Sequence record: NC_049383.1
Reading direction: 5' to 3' (one strand)
Length of the DNA stretch: 64,000 bases
Position numbers and translations under genes: made by a program. Of this stretch, positions 20,057-29,233 are shown one piece after another; the first letter of the stretch is position 1, and each line of letters starts with the position of its first letter. The notes under the pieces were generated by a model that did no database searches, had not been told where the DNA came from, and was given only the letters and a program-made list of their open reading frames with translations.

Positions 20057-22867
20057 ATGAAAAATTTTCAAAGTTTTGTAGATAAGTTCGTTGGAGAATC
20101 ACAATTAGGTGAGAACTTATTACAATTAAAGCCTATGTCTTCAAAAGGGGCATTGTACAAAATTAATGCGCTTAAACACTTCAACGAATCTGTAATCGAC
20201 ATACATTACATTGTTAATGATTTAGTGGTAGAAGGTATGAAATTACAAAACACGGACAAAAGTGTTTTCCAATTCGCTGATAATTTAAGAAATATGATTG
20301 TTGAAAATGAGAATGCATTTAATATTGCATTTTTATTTGAATCAATTGAGAAGTCACCAAGAAAATCAGAGATTGATGAAAGAACTCAAAATATTATTGA
20401 GTCTATAATCTTAGAAGGTGAATTAAAAATCGGAGCATCTGTAATGACAGGTGAATTATCAAGAAGTAAATTCTATTATAATGATTTAAGAAACATCGAG
20501 CAAAGAATAATTGAGAGTAATGCATCTAAAATGAAAGATGTTGTTACTTCTGATTTCGAGATTTCGACACCAGTTTCTTACGTTTTTGAAACAGAGCAAG
20601 GAAAAATCGTTAGAGTTCAGAATGATGTATTTTTAGTAACAGAAAGTGAAATTATACCAACACAAGCACCATCACAAGAATTTGTTACAATTTCTGAGAA
20701 TGCTAAAAATTTAAAATATAACAAAGATGGTCAAACAGTTTTAGATACCGCTTTAGGAACATTAGTTTTAGAAGGTGAGTCTTTAAGTGTTATTGATAAA
20801 GAAGGTGTTATCAATGAGAGTTTAAATTCAAAAGAATCAATCTTAAATGAGTTTGCTTTCCAAGTAAACGAAATGGGATTGAATGAATCTGAGTTAACTA
20901 AATTGGATGCATTTGTTGTTATTTCTGAAAATAGCGAAAACTTTAAGAGTTTAGAAAACTTCAAAGTTTTAAAGAATTTCACAACTGGTGATATTGGTAT
21001 GATTGCAACTGTTGGTAAAAATGTATTTGGTTCTATTTTGGAATCACAAAGAGTTTTCAAAGGTTCTAAGAATTTCGAAAGTATTACAGAAGCTGTAAAC
21101 TTCATGAATGAGAAAATCGGAGTTGATGCAACGCCTATTTTTGAGGGGGAAATGAAGGATGAAAAAGAAAAAGAAGATACTAAAAATGCAAAGGTTGCTG
21201 AAATAGATGAAAGTATTGCTAAATTAGAAGCTACAAGAACTAAAGTAGAAGAAGCTATGAAAACCACTACAGAAGGTTCAGAAGCTCATACAAAGTATTT
21301 AGAAATGTCTTCACAAGTTAGTGAGGAAATGACTAAGTTAAAGAAGAAAAAGAATGAAGTTCTTAACTTCGAAGGTGAAGAGGAAGAAGATGAAGAAGAG
21401 CAAATGGAAGAGTCTAAATCAGTATCGAAAATGAAAGTAGATATGAAGTTGGTTAAACAAGCTTTAGACAACTTTAAAGGTTTACAAACTACTAAAGGTG
21501 ATTTATTTGATATTTCTTATTTCCCTGATTTCACGGATGATGTTGATAAAGGTTATATGACTGGTTTAATTGGTAAAGTTGACCCTAATAAAGTTGATTT
21601 GGGATATTCTAAGAAGGATAATTTCTTTAGAGTTGCTTTATTTGACTATAAATTCAAGTTAATAAAATCTATTGATGAGATTGATACTAAAGAATCTGAT
21701 GCTTTAAAGTTTATCGGTGAATCTGAGGAAGAGGAAGAGGAAGAGAAAACTACCTACATGAAGTGTAAGGAAGAGCGTGATAAAATGGTTGAAGAAGGTA
21801 TTAAGATGAATAACTTAGATTGGGGTAAATCAACTGAGGAAAGAAATAAAAATCTTGAAGCTTATGATAAGTTGAAAACTGATGAAGAAAGAGAAGCTTT
21901 CAAAAAGAAGTTAAAAGGTATCAACGAATCTAAAGGTGACCAAGAAGAGTACCAAAAATTCTTTAAGAAGATGTTAAAGAAATATGGTGTTGAAGAGCCT
22001 GACCAATTAAAAGATGAAGACAAAAAGAAATTCTATGAGGAAGTAGATAAAGGTTGGAAATCTGACAAAGAAGAGTGTGGTGTTGATGAGAGTAGAATGC
22101 AAGATAATCCATTTTATATAGAGTTAGAATCTTTAAAAGTTGGTACTATTGTTAAAGGTGGTGTTATAAAAAGCATGAAAGCTAAACTTAAAACATACAC
22201 AAAAGTTGGCGACAATAAATGGGAGCGCGAAGGTGATGGTAAAGTATTTGAAACATCTAATGTTTATGTTAGCATTGGTGGTACTAACGTAACCATCATA
22301 GGTAAAGATGATAAATCGGGAACTGCTAAAATAGATGATACGAAAATCACTTACATAAAAGAAGGTGAAGATGAAAAAGAAGGTGAAGAGGAAAAAAACC
22401 GTATCAAAAACGAACCTGTAAAAGAAGGTGAAGAATCACCTGCCGATAAAATCGATTCTGAGGAAGAGGAAGAGGAAAAAGATGAAGATGGTGGAAAGAA
22501 GGATAAAGGTGATGTTAAAGTAGAAGAGTCTAATAAAGGACAAAACGGTGTTATCAAATTTGCATTTGATGATGATGAAAATGTTTTTTATAGTGATGGT
22601 TATAAGACTAAAATTCAAGTTATGGATGGTTCTTTTGACTATAGAAAGAAAGCTTGGGTTGAACCTGATTTCGAATCGGATGATTGGGAATACTTAAAAA
22701 AGGACTATGCTAAACAATTAAACAAGCAAGTTAAAGGAAAAACTTTCGTTTATGATGATAGTATATTAGAGTCTGAATGTGATGAAAAAGAGGTTGAAGA
22801 GAGTTATAAAGCTATCTTAACCAAAGCTAAAAACATTAATGAGTCTATCGAAGCTCTTTTAAATTAA
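20057..22867 (+). CDS. Large prohead core/internal protein with many protease-site-like motifs
   Basis: About 30 [ILVFN]xE[SGNT]-type motifs, acidic stretches, CTS-like N-terminus MKNFQSFV, late promoter upstream. Confidence 0.55.
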   Translation: MKNFQSFVDKFVGESQLGENLLQLKPMSSKGALYKINALKHFNESVIDIHYIVNDLVVEGMKLQNTDKSVFQFADNLRNMIVENENAFNIAFLFESIEKSPRKSEIDERTQNIIESIILEGELKIGASVMTGELSRSKFYYNDLRNIEQRIIESNASKMKDVVTSDFEISTPVSYVFETEQGKIVRVQNDVFLVTESEIIPTQAPSQEFVTISENAKNLKYNKDGQTVLDTALGTLVLEGESLSVIDKEGVINESLNSKESILNEFAFQVNEMGLNESELTKLDAFVVISENSENFKSLENFKVLKNFTTGDIGMIATVGKNVFGSILESQRVFKGSKNFESITEAVNFMNEKIGVDATPIFEGEMKDEKEKEDTKNAKVAEIDESIAKLEATRTKVEEAMKTTTEGSEAHTKYLEMSSQVSEEMTKLKKKKNEVLNFEGEEEEDEEEQMEESKSVSKMKVDMKLVKQALDNFKGLQTTKGDLFDISYFPDFTDDVDKGYMTGLIGKVDPNKVDLGYSKKDNFFRVALFDYKFKLIKSIDEIDTKESDALKFIGESEEEEEEEKTTYMKCKEERDKMVEEGIKMNNLDWGKSTEERNKNLEAYDKLKTDEEREAFKKKLKGINESKGDQEEYQKFFKKMLKKYGVEEPDQLKDEDKKKFYEEVDKGWKSDKEECGVDESRMQDNPFYIELESLKVGTIVKGGVIKSMKAKLKTYTKVGDNKWEREGDGKVFETSNVYVSIGGTNVTIIGKDDKSGTAKIDDTKITYIKEGEDEKEGEEEKNRIKNEPVKEGEESPADKIDSEEEEEEKDEDGGKKDKGDVKVEESNKGQNGVIKFAFDDDENVFYSDGYKTKIQVMDGSFDYRKKAWVEPDFESDDWEYLKKDYAKQLNKQVKGKTFVYDDSILESECDEKEVEESYKAILTKAKNINESIEALLN

Positions 22868-22876
22868 TAACAAATC

Positions 22877-22903
22877 AAAAGGGTGTTTTTATAACACCCT
22901 TTT
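22877..22903 (+). terminator. Intrinsic terminator
   Basis: aaaagggtgtt/aacaccctttt plus T-run. Confidence 0.75.
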
Positions 22904-22922
22904 TTAATAACATATACAAAGA

Positions 22923-24308
22923 ATGAAAGTAACAGTTTATAAAGGTGGTGAATTACATAAAGTTAATGAATCTATCGAAAATGTTGAATTATTACAACAA
23001 AAATTGGTAAAAGAAGGTTGGACTCAAAATGAAAATGAGTTTACTTTAGGTGAAAATAAAATGGTTTTTGAATCAGTTGATGAAAAAGCACCGAAGTATG
23101 ACATGAAAGAAGTTCAGTCAAAATTTGGTAAGAAATTAACTACTCTTTTAGGTGATGTTTCTTATCAAGTTGGTCAAAAGAAACCAAGTACTACGGAATT
23201 ATATAGTACTAAGATTATTAACTCTTTTAAGGAGAAAAGAAATTCTAAAAATAATCCAAGGATTAAAAAAGAATATACAAAGTTCATTGAGTATTTAATG
23301 GATTTACACGAAGAGTGGTTTGGAACTTATTTAGGTGTTAGAAAGAATGTTTCAGAGGGATTAGATGTTAATAGTTTAGAAGCGGGTACAACATTGATTT
23401 ACGAGAATGAAGGTATTACTACTTATTTCCATATTAAAGAATTAGGTAATTTAAGGGCTGTTGGGAACATTTTAAATGAAAATGGTATGACAGTACTTAA
23501 AAATGTTGAAGTTCCATATACGATACTTGAAAAGTATTCTGAGAAGTATAGTTTAACAGAAAGTTTAGACTCTAAGTATTCAGATACTCTTTTACCAAAA
23601 ATTAAAGTAGGTAATAAAATCTCATTAGGTGGTGGTGGTGACAATAAAATGAAGGTTACTAACATCAACACTATGAAAAAGCGTTTAGAGGGTGAGTTTA
23701 TTGATAGTAATGATAAGGTTCGTTCTAATATCACAATTCCATTTTCATATTTCGCTAATCCACATTATAACAAAAACTATAAAATTGTTGAGAGTGAAGA
23801 TTTTGTTGATGTTTATTTTGTAAAGGAAAATAACACATTAAAAGTTGGTGAAGAGGTTTTTGAATTTGATACAATGGGTTCTATTAATGTTAGAGGTGTT
23901 GAAATGCAATTAACTGAAAATGTTGAAGACCTTTTAGAGTGTATGAATGATGTTTTTGCTGAAAGTTTCCGTTTTGGAAATGTTGAGTCTATGGATGATA
24001 TGAAATTATATTCTCGTGGATTAAATCATGGATTAAGACGTGATAGAGAAAGTATTAGAATAATTGAAGATAATAAGAATGCAACATCTTTTTTAGCTGA
24101 GTGGTTGGTTTTAGATACAAGGGATGAGGTTTTACAATTCCCGAAGATTTTACCACACTTAAAGGTAATTGAAGGTATGTTAACAAAAGCAAATGATAAA
24201 ACAAGTTTAGGTAAGATGAAAGTTCTTTTAGAAGAGGTTTTCTTACAACCTATTGATGAACAGGACTTTATGAATGTTGTTGATAAATATTCAAACTTGA
24301 ATTTATAA
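22923..24308 (+). CDS. Hypothetical internal head protein (modular, xES sites)
   Basis: VNES, VFES, VSEG, LTES, IVES, LTEN and FAES punctuate the protein. Confidence 0.45.
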   Translation: MKVTVYKGGELHKVNESIENVELLQQKLVKEGWTQNENEFTLGENKMVFESVDEKAPKYDMKEVQSKFGKKLTTLLGDVSYQVGQKKPSTTELYSTKIINSFKEKRNSKNNPRIKKEYTKFIEYLMDLHEEWFGTYLGVRKNVSEGLDVNSLEAGTTLIYENEGITTYFHIKELGNLRAVGNILNENGMTVLKNVEVPYTILEKYSEKYSLTESLDSKYSDTLLPKIKVGNKISLGGGGDNKMKVTNINTMKKRLEGEFIDSNDKVRSNITIPFSYFANPHYNKNYKIVESEDFVDVYFVKENNTLKVGEEVFEFDTMGSINVRGVEMQLTENVEDLLECMNDVFAESFRFGNVESMDDMKLYSRGLNHGLRRDRESIRIIEDNKNATSFLAEWLVLDTRDEVLQFPKILPHLKVIEGMLTKANDKTSLGKMKVLLEEVFLQPIDEQDFMNVVDKYSNLNL

Positions 24309-24316
24309 AAGTGTAG

Positions 24317-24343
24317 AAAAAGACGGTTTTAAGCCGTCTTTTT
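24317..24343 (+). terminator. Intrinsic terminator
   Basis: aaaaagacggt/gccgtcttttt. Confidence 0.75.
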
Positions 24344-24401
24344 TATGATTTATTTTAAAATGAATTGTTATATTATAGTAACAAATAAATAAATAATTAC
24401 A

Positions 24402-24761
24402 ATGACTAAAAAACAACCAGTTCCAAAGGATGAATTTAATGAAGAGATTCTTAAATCTAAAGCACAAGGTAGATTAACAGAACGAGCAGGACAACTTATT
24501 TTCAAGTTAGTTTCATATTATCAAGATACAAATGAATCAATGAAATATGATAGTGAAGATATAAAGCAGGATGTTAGAAGTGTTGCATTAACAATTATTT
24601 GTGAAAAGTGGTATAAATTCAATGAAAAAGAGTATAATAATGCATTTTCTTATTTTACTACAATGGCTAGAAATGGTCTTATGGAAGGTATGAATCGTCA
24701 TACTAGAAATAAAAATAATTCGGTACTGCGTTATGATACTGTATTCGATGAATCTGTTTAG
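24402..24761 (+). CDS. Late-transcription sigma factor (T4 gp55-like)
   Basis: YDSEDIKQD...KFNEKEYNNAFSYFTTMARNG matches the gp55 Y..D......FD.....NPFAYFTQI pattern. Confidence 0.8.
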   Translation: MTKKQPVPKDEFNEEILKSKAQGRLTERAGQLIFKLVSYYQDTNESMKYDSEDIKQDVRSVALTIICEKWYKFNEKEYNNAFSYFTTMARNGLMEGMNRHTRNKNNSVLRYDTVFDESV

Positions 24762-24807
24762 AAGAGGTATTTAATTTCTTATATTTATATTTAGTTTTGT
24801 TATATTT

Positions 24808-24839
24808 TGGTAACTGCATTCGTGCGGTTACCATTTTTT
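24808..24839 (+). terminator. Intrinsic terminator with UUCG loop
   Basis: tggtaactgca-ttcg-tgcggttacca-tttttt. Confidence 0.85.
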
Positions 24840-24874
24840 GTTTGAAGGATATATAAAGTAAAACAATATCATAA

Positions 24875-25450
24875 ATGAAGACAATTTTAGAATATTTCGA
24901 CCCAATTTTGACAGATATGGTTTTTGAGTCAGCTAAACATAAATTAACATCATCTGATTTGATGAATGTTATATTACAAGATTATATAGAACACGTATTT
25001 TCTTTATATGGTTTATCACCTAGTGTTAGGGTAATGGTTACTCGTTTAAAGAATGGTTATAGAGGTTATGTTGATATGGCAAAGGTTACGGAATCTGATA
25101 AAACAAAGTTATTGATAAAGGTTAATAAGGATTTGGGAATAAATGCTTTGATGAAAATTATTGCACACGAGGCTACACACGCGAGACAGATACAAAATAA
25201 TCAACTTTGGTACACCGAAGAAGGTATAATGTGGAAGGGTGAGCAGTATATAAGTATGGGTGATTTTCAGAAGATTAACCGTACTATGGCAAAGAATAAA
25301 AAAGCGTTAGAAACGTATTTAAATTTTCCGTGGGAGATTGAGGCAACAGGTAATGAGAAAAATGTTGTTAATGATTATATGGAAAGTCAAAGATTTAAGG
25401 ATTTAAAAAATAACAACCCTGATAACTGGGTTTTAGATAATTTATATTAA
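24875..25450 (+). CDS. HEXXH zinc metallopeptidase with capsid-targeting-like N-terminus
   Basis: IAHEATHARQ...PWEIEA; N-terminus MKTILEYF...VFES. Confidence 0.7.
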   Translation: MKTILEYFDPILTDMVFESAKHKLTSSDLMNVILQDYIEHVFSLYGLSPSVRVMVTRLKNGYRGYVDMAKVTESDKTKLLIKVNKDLGINALMKIIAHEATHARQIQNNQLWYTEEGIMWKGEQYISMGDFQKINRTMAKNKKALETYLNFPWEIEATGNEKNVVNDYMESQRFKDLKNNNPDNWVLDNLY

Positions 25451-25451
25451 T

Positions 25452-26045
25452 ATGATTAATTCACCAGTATTTAGTACATTCAAGACACATTTCCCTGCTG
25501 ACTTTTTCAAGTCTTCTATAGTTGGTAAGTATAACGAATGGATGTCTATATATAAAGGTAATATCGAGACGATACAAGACCTTTTAAATTTTTCGATTCA
25601 ATCGATTAAGTTTCCTGATTTGGGTAATGAGCCTATTTTACAACAAATACCAGTACAAGGTGGTGTTATTGATGTTAATACAAAACAAGTAAAACCTAGA
25701 GAATCGTTAATTGATGATAAAACATTCACCATCACATTCAAGCATATAGATGGGTTTAAGAATTATTTTCTTTTATATGAACATTATTTCCAATATGCTG
25801 AAAATAAAAACGGTGATAAACCTGATTACAGTAATATACCCGATATGAATATTGAGATTTATGATATACGCCAAAATCTATTATTTGTATTTAATTTACA
25901 GGGTGTTCAATTTACAGGTATGGATGGTTTGGATTTAACCAAATCAAGTTTAAATGCTGAATTTGATACATTCACTTGTACATTTGCGTTTAATTCATTT
26001 AGAGTATTATTTAACACACCTGAAAAAGCGGATTATCATGATTAG
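25452..26045 (+). CDS. Tail-tube-fold protein (gp19/gp54-like)
   Basis: FTITFKHIDGFKNY, IEIYD...FVFNLQGVQFTGMDGL and FTCTFAFN follow the tube-fold pattern; baseplate context. Confidence 0.6.
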   Translation: MINSPVFSTFKTHFPADFFKSSIVGKYNEWMSIYKGNIETIQDLLNFSIQSIKFPDLGNEPILQQIPVQGGVIDVNTKQVKPRESLIDDKTFTITFKHIDGFKNYFLLYEHYFQYAENKNGDKPDYSNIPDMNIEIYDIRQNLLFVFNLQGVQFTGMDGLDLTKSSLNAEFDTFTCTFAFNSFRVLFNTPEKADYHD

Positions 26046-26511
26046 TTTAACACTTTTACAAGAGAAGAAAATAAAAGATTTTTTCGATGATTCTGAATAC
26101 ACAGGAAATAATTTATATCCTAAATTAGATTTAACTTCTAATCGTTGGGAAATAGATTATGATTCTATAGTTATTGATGCAAATATTGAAGTCGATACTG
26201 TTATCGAAATGAGATTGGATAAATTAGCTAGACATATTCTAGGTAGTGAAGATTTTGTTGATGTTATTGTTAAATTTAATAGGATTTTGGATGTTTTTGC
26301 TGTAAAGAAAGGTGATGTTATACGAGTTCCGAACTTGGCTAGTTTCTTCACTAATGTTAGAAAGGCTAATTATAAATCAAAAAACATAAAAAGAGACGTT
26401 TTAATTAATAAAAAAGGTAGTTCGGGTGGTAATAATTCAATAGCAACTAAAGTTGTTGGAAAAGACCTTAAAACATATAAAAAAGGTAAGAATGGTGTAA
26501 TTATATTTTAA
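26038..26511 (+). CDS. Baseplate wedge protein (gp53/LysM-like)
   Basis: RLDKLARHILGSEDFVDVIVKFNRILDVFAVKKGDVIRVP; start moved to 26038. Confidence 0.7.
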   Translation: MISLTLLQEKKIKDFFDDSEYTGNNLYPKLDLTSNRWEIDYDSIVIDANIEVDTVIEMRLDKLARHILGSEDFVDVIVKFNRILDVFAVKKGDVIRVPNLASFFTNVRKANYKSKNIKRDVLINKKGSSGGNNSIATKVVGKDLKTYKKGKNGVIIF

Positions 26512-26514
26512 GAT

Positions 26515-27825
26515 ATGAGACAAGAATTTGAAACTAAAATAATTCCACAAGATATTGTTGTTAGACAATCAAATGAGGAAGACCAAAATATTGAAGAGAA
26601 TGCAGGCTTATGGTTTCCATTAATTCGAGTTAAAGATACTGTTTTTAACCAAGATAAAATATTATCTTTTAAATATACTGTTGGTTCTGAGCTACTACCT
26701 TCTGTTAGAGTTACTATCGATGATTATGATAAAGCATTTTTAGAAGAACAGTTTCCTATGGTTGATGATAAGATTACTATTCGTATTTCTAACAACATAG
26801 ATACTGTGCATAAGCCTATAAAATTGGATTTTATAATTACTGATATTTCGGGTTCTGCTAATAGTAAATCAACAACAATTACAGCTATTCAAGATGTTCC
26901 TAAATTACACATTTATAAGAATACAGGTTGGAATGATTCTTTATATAATATTTTAAAGAAAATAGCAACCGAATGTGATTTAGGTTTTGTGACAAATATA
27001 CAACAATCTAATGATTCAGCAAATTATATTTGTCATAATGATTATTATTCATTTTTAAAGTATTCTGAAAATAGAATTGATGTTGGTCAAGATGATTCAT
27101 GTAAGATTTTCATTGATGCATTCAATAATTTGAATTTAGTTTCATATAAGAATGCTTACAGTAATCGTGAAATTACTAGACTTCAAACCAACCCAGTTAC
27201 TGGACTGGCGTATGATGATAATATTGATTTAAAGTTATCAAATAAGACATATAATGATGAAACTGATATTCATGCTCAAATAAATAATTGGACTCCTATT
27301 TCTAATTATGGAAAAGCATTTTTAAAGACTAAGAATATTGTTAATTATAGACAGCGTTCTACAGAAAAACATTTACAAAACACATTTAATGAATTTGGTA
27401 TTCAAAACATAAATTCAATTGATAATTCAATAGATAATGTTTTCAGTAATTTTGTTCATGAAGATTCTACATATTCAAATATTTTAACGAATAGAAAGAA
27501 TAACGATAGATTAATACAGATTTATAAACAAGGTACTTATACTCGTATGGTTATGGATTATTTCATACCTGATTTGTACCCATTTGTTTATGTACCTGTT
27601 GAACTTTATAATAACGGTCGTTTGAGTAAGTTGAACTCACAAGATTCAAATGTTGATTTGGATGAATTAAGTGAGCAAGAAAGTGAATATCCGTCAAATG
27701 GATTGTCATTAAACAATGAATTTACTGGGGATTATATCGTTACAGAAATAAAGTATTCGTATTTAAGAAGTGGAAGAAGTGATTCAAACCAAGTTAAAAA
27801 TGAATTACTTGCAATAAAAGTTTAA
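26515..27825 (+). CDS. Baseplate hub protein (gp27/gpD-like)
   Basis: Size, position after the gp53-like gene, ILKKIATECDLGF motif and terminal GDYIVTEIKY strand. Confidence 0.55.
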   Translation: MRQEFETKIIPQDIVVRQSNEEDQNIEENAGLWFPLIRVKDTVFNQDKILSFKYTVGSELLPSVRVTIDDYDKAFLEEQFPMVDDKITIRISNNIDTVHKPIKLDFIITDISGSANSKSTTITAIQDVPKLHIYKNTGWNDSLYNILKKIATECDLGFVTNIQQSNDSANYICHNDYYSFLKYSENRIDVGQDDSCKIFIDAFNNLNLVSYKNAYSNREITRLQTNPVTGLAYDDNIDLKLSNKTYNDETDIHAQINNWTPISNYGKAFLKTKNIVNYRQRSTEKHLQNTFNEFGIQNINSIDNSIDNVFSNFVHEDSTYSNILTNRKNNDRLIQIYKQGTYTRMVMDYFIPDLYPFVYVPVELYNNGRLSKLNSQDSNVDLDELSEQESEYPSNGLSLNNEFTGDYIVTEIKYSYLRSGRSDSNQVKNELLAIKV

Positions 27826-27828
27826 AGT

Positions 27829-28323
27829 ATGACATTAGTTGAATTAGTTGAAAGTATTGATTTAGACGAAAGAAGAAGTAAAAAATCTATTAAAGATTTA
27901 AAACCAAACCCTAAGAGTAAATTTAAGAGTGGTTATTTTCCTTTAAAAGATTGTAAGAAATATTTACAGGTTGATGATGAGCCATGTATTTACCGTTCAT
28001 CTTTAGAATTTAAGGTTTTTTATTGGTGTGAGCAATCACCATATATTAAGAATTGGGTTTCTGAACCTTTTTCTATACCTTATTTATTTGTAAATGAGAG
28101 GGGTGAGACTAGAAGAAGAAATTATAACATTGATTGTGTTATAGAGTTTACTGATGGTAGATTATGGTTTGTTGAGATAAAACCACATAGTTTAACCAAA
28201 CCAAATTCATTTGGATTTGAATTGAATAAAGCAAAATGGAATTATGCTATTAAGTGGTGTAATGAGCAACCATTTGATATTGAATTTAAAATAATTACAG
28301 AAAAATTTAATTTTTACATATAA
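27829..28323 (+). CDS. Head completion nuclease (T4 gp4, TnsA-N fold)
   Basis: YRSSLE, W.SEP..IPY, Y..D and VEIKP...N.AKW motifs. Confidence 0.85.
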   Translation: MTLVELVESIDLDERRSKKSIKDLKPNPKSKFKSGYFPLKDCKKYLQVDDEPCIYRSSLEFKVFYWCEQSPYIKNWVSEPFSIPYLFVNERGETRRRNYNIDCVIEFTDGRLWFVEIKPHSLTKPNSFGFELNKAKWNYAIKWCNEQPFDIEFKIITEKFNFYI

Positions 28324-29105
28324 TGAAGTTATTACCCGAAGATTTCAGATTTATTGAAATCATACAACAAGAAATATCGGAACATTGTGCTGTTCCATTG
28401 GTTATTTCACCTGAAAGAATAAAGACAATCATTAAAGATTGTGCTGAATGGTTTTATGAATGGCATCCAAACGCTGTTCAAAGAAATCATTATTTAATAA
28501 AATATGATGATATATTAAAGGCGCGTGAAGGCAAATTTGCATCTACTATAAAAGTTCCCGAAGCTATAAAGTTTGTATTTAGGGTTCGTAAGGCTGATGG
28601 TGGCTTCTCTAAAACTACCGAAGCAAGGTATTTAAGAAATCCTTTATATGCAATGAATCGTTTTATGGGTTCTATGCATACTCGCGGTATGTCTTTAAAT
28701 GGTGGTGTTCAAGGACGTAATTTTGATATGGTTCAACAAGTTATATCATTATATGAGTTCCAAACACTACATTCTATAAGTTCGGCTAATAGAGGTGTTG
28801 CGCATGATTTTTCTGAATTTAGTAATGAGATTACATTTTTATCAAATGTTACTGGTGACATCATGTTGGAATGTGGTGTTAGAGTTCCGATTACTGAATT
28901 ATATTCTAATCATCATTTTAAGATGTATGTAAAGGGATTTGCTTTACAATCATTGTCTAGAATTTTGGGTACATTTGATTATAAATATATCGGTGATGTT
29001 GCTATAAATTTTGACGCTTTAAAGACAGATGGTGAGAAATTAGAGGAAAAGGTAGAGTCAGAAATAAAAGGGTTTAATTCTAGTAGTTTTATAATGACTA
29101 GGTAA
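28323..29105 (+). CDS. Neck protein (gp13-like adaptor)
   Basis: Ends with LSRILGTFD....GDVAINFDALKTDGEKLEEKVE, typical of gp13-like proteins. Confidence 0.7.
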   Translation: MKLLPEDFRFIEIIQQEISEHCAVPLVISPERIKTIIKDCAEWFYEWHPNAVQRNHYLIKYDDILKAREGKFASTIKVPEAIKFVFRVRKADGGFSKTTEARYLRNPLYAMNRFMGSMHTRGMSLNGGVQGRNFDMVQQVISLYEFQTLHSISSANRGVAHDFSEFSNEITFLSNVTGDIMLECGVRVPITELYSNHHFKMYVKGFALQSLSRILGTFDYKYIGDVAINFDALKTDGEKLEEKVESEIKGFNSSSFIMTR

Positions 29106-29142
29106 AATAATTATTATGAAAGGATTTGATGGACTATAAAAG

Positions 29143-29173
29143 AAAGGCTTGTGATTTAGAATCACAAGCCTTT
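29143..29173 (+). terminator. Intrinsic terminator
   Basis: aaaggcttgtgatt/aatcacaagccttt. Confidence 0.8.
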
Positions 29174-29233
29174 TATTTTTTGTCTTCAAACAATAAATAA
29201 ACTAAGAATGAAAAGTAAATAACAGAATATTTT

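Noticed and set aside
27829-28323. TnsA transposase or homing endonuclease
   Set aside because: Size and position beside neck and baseplate genes fit the T4 gp4 head-completion protein; no other Tn7 genes are present.
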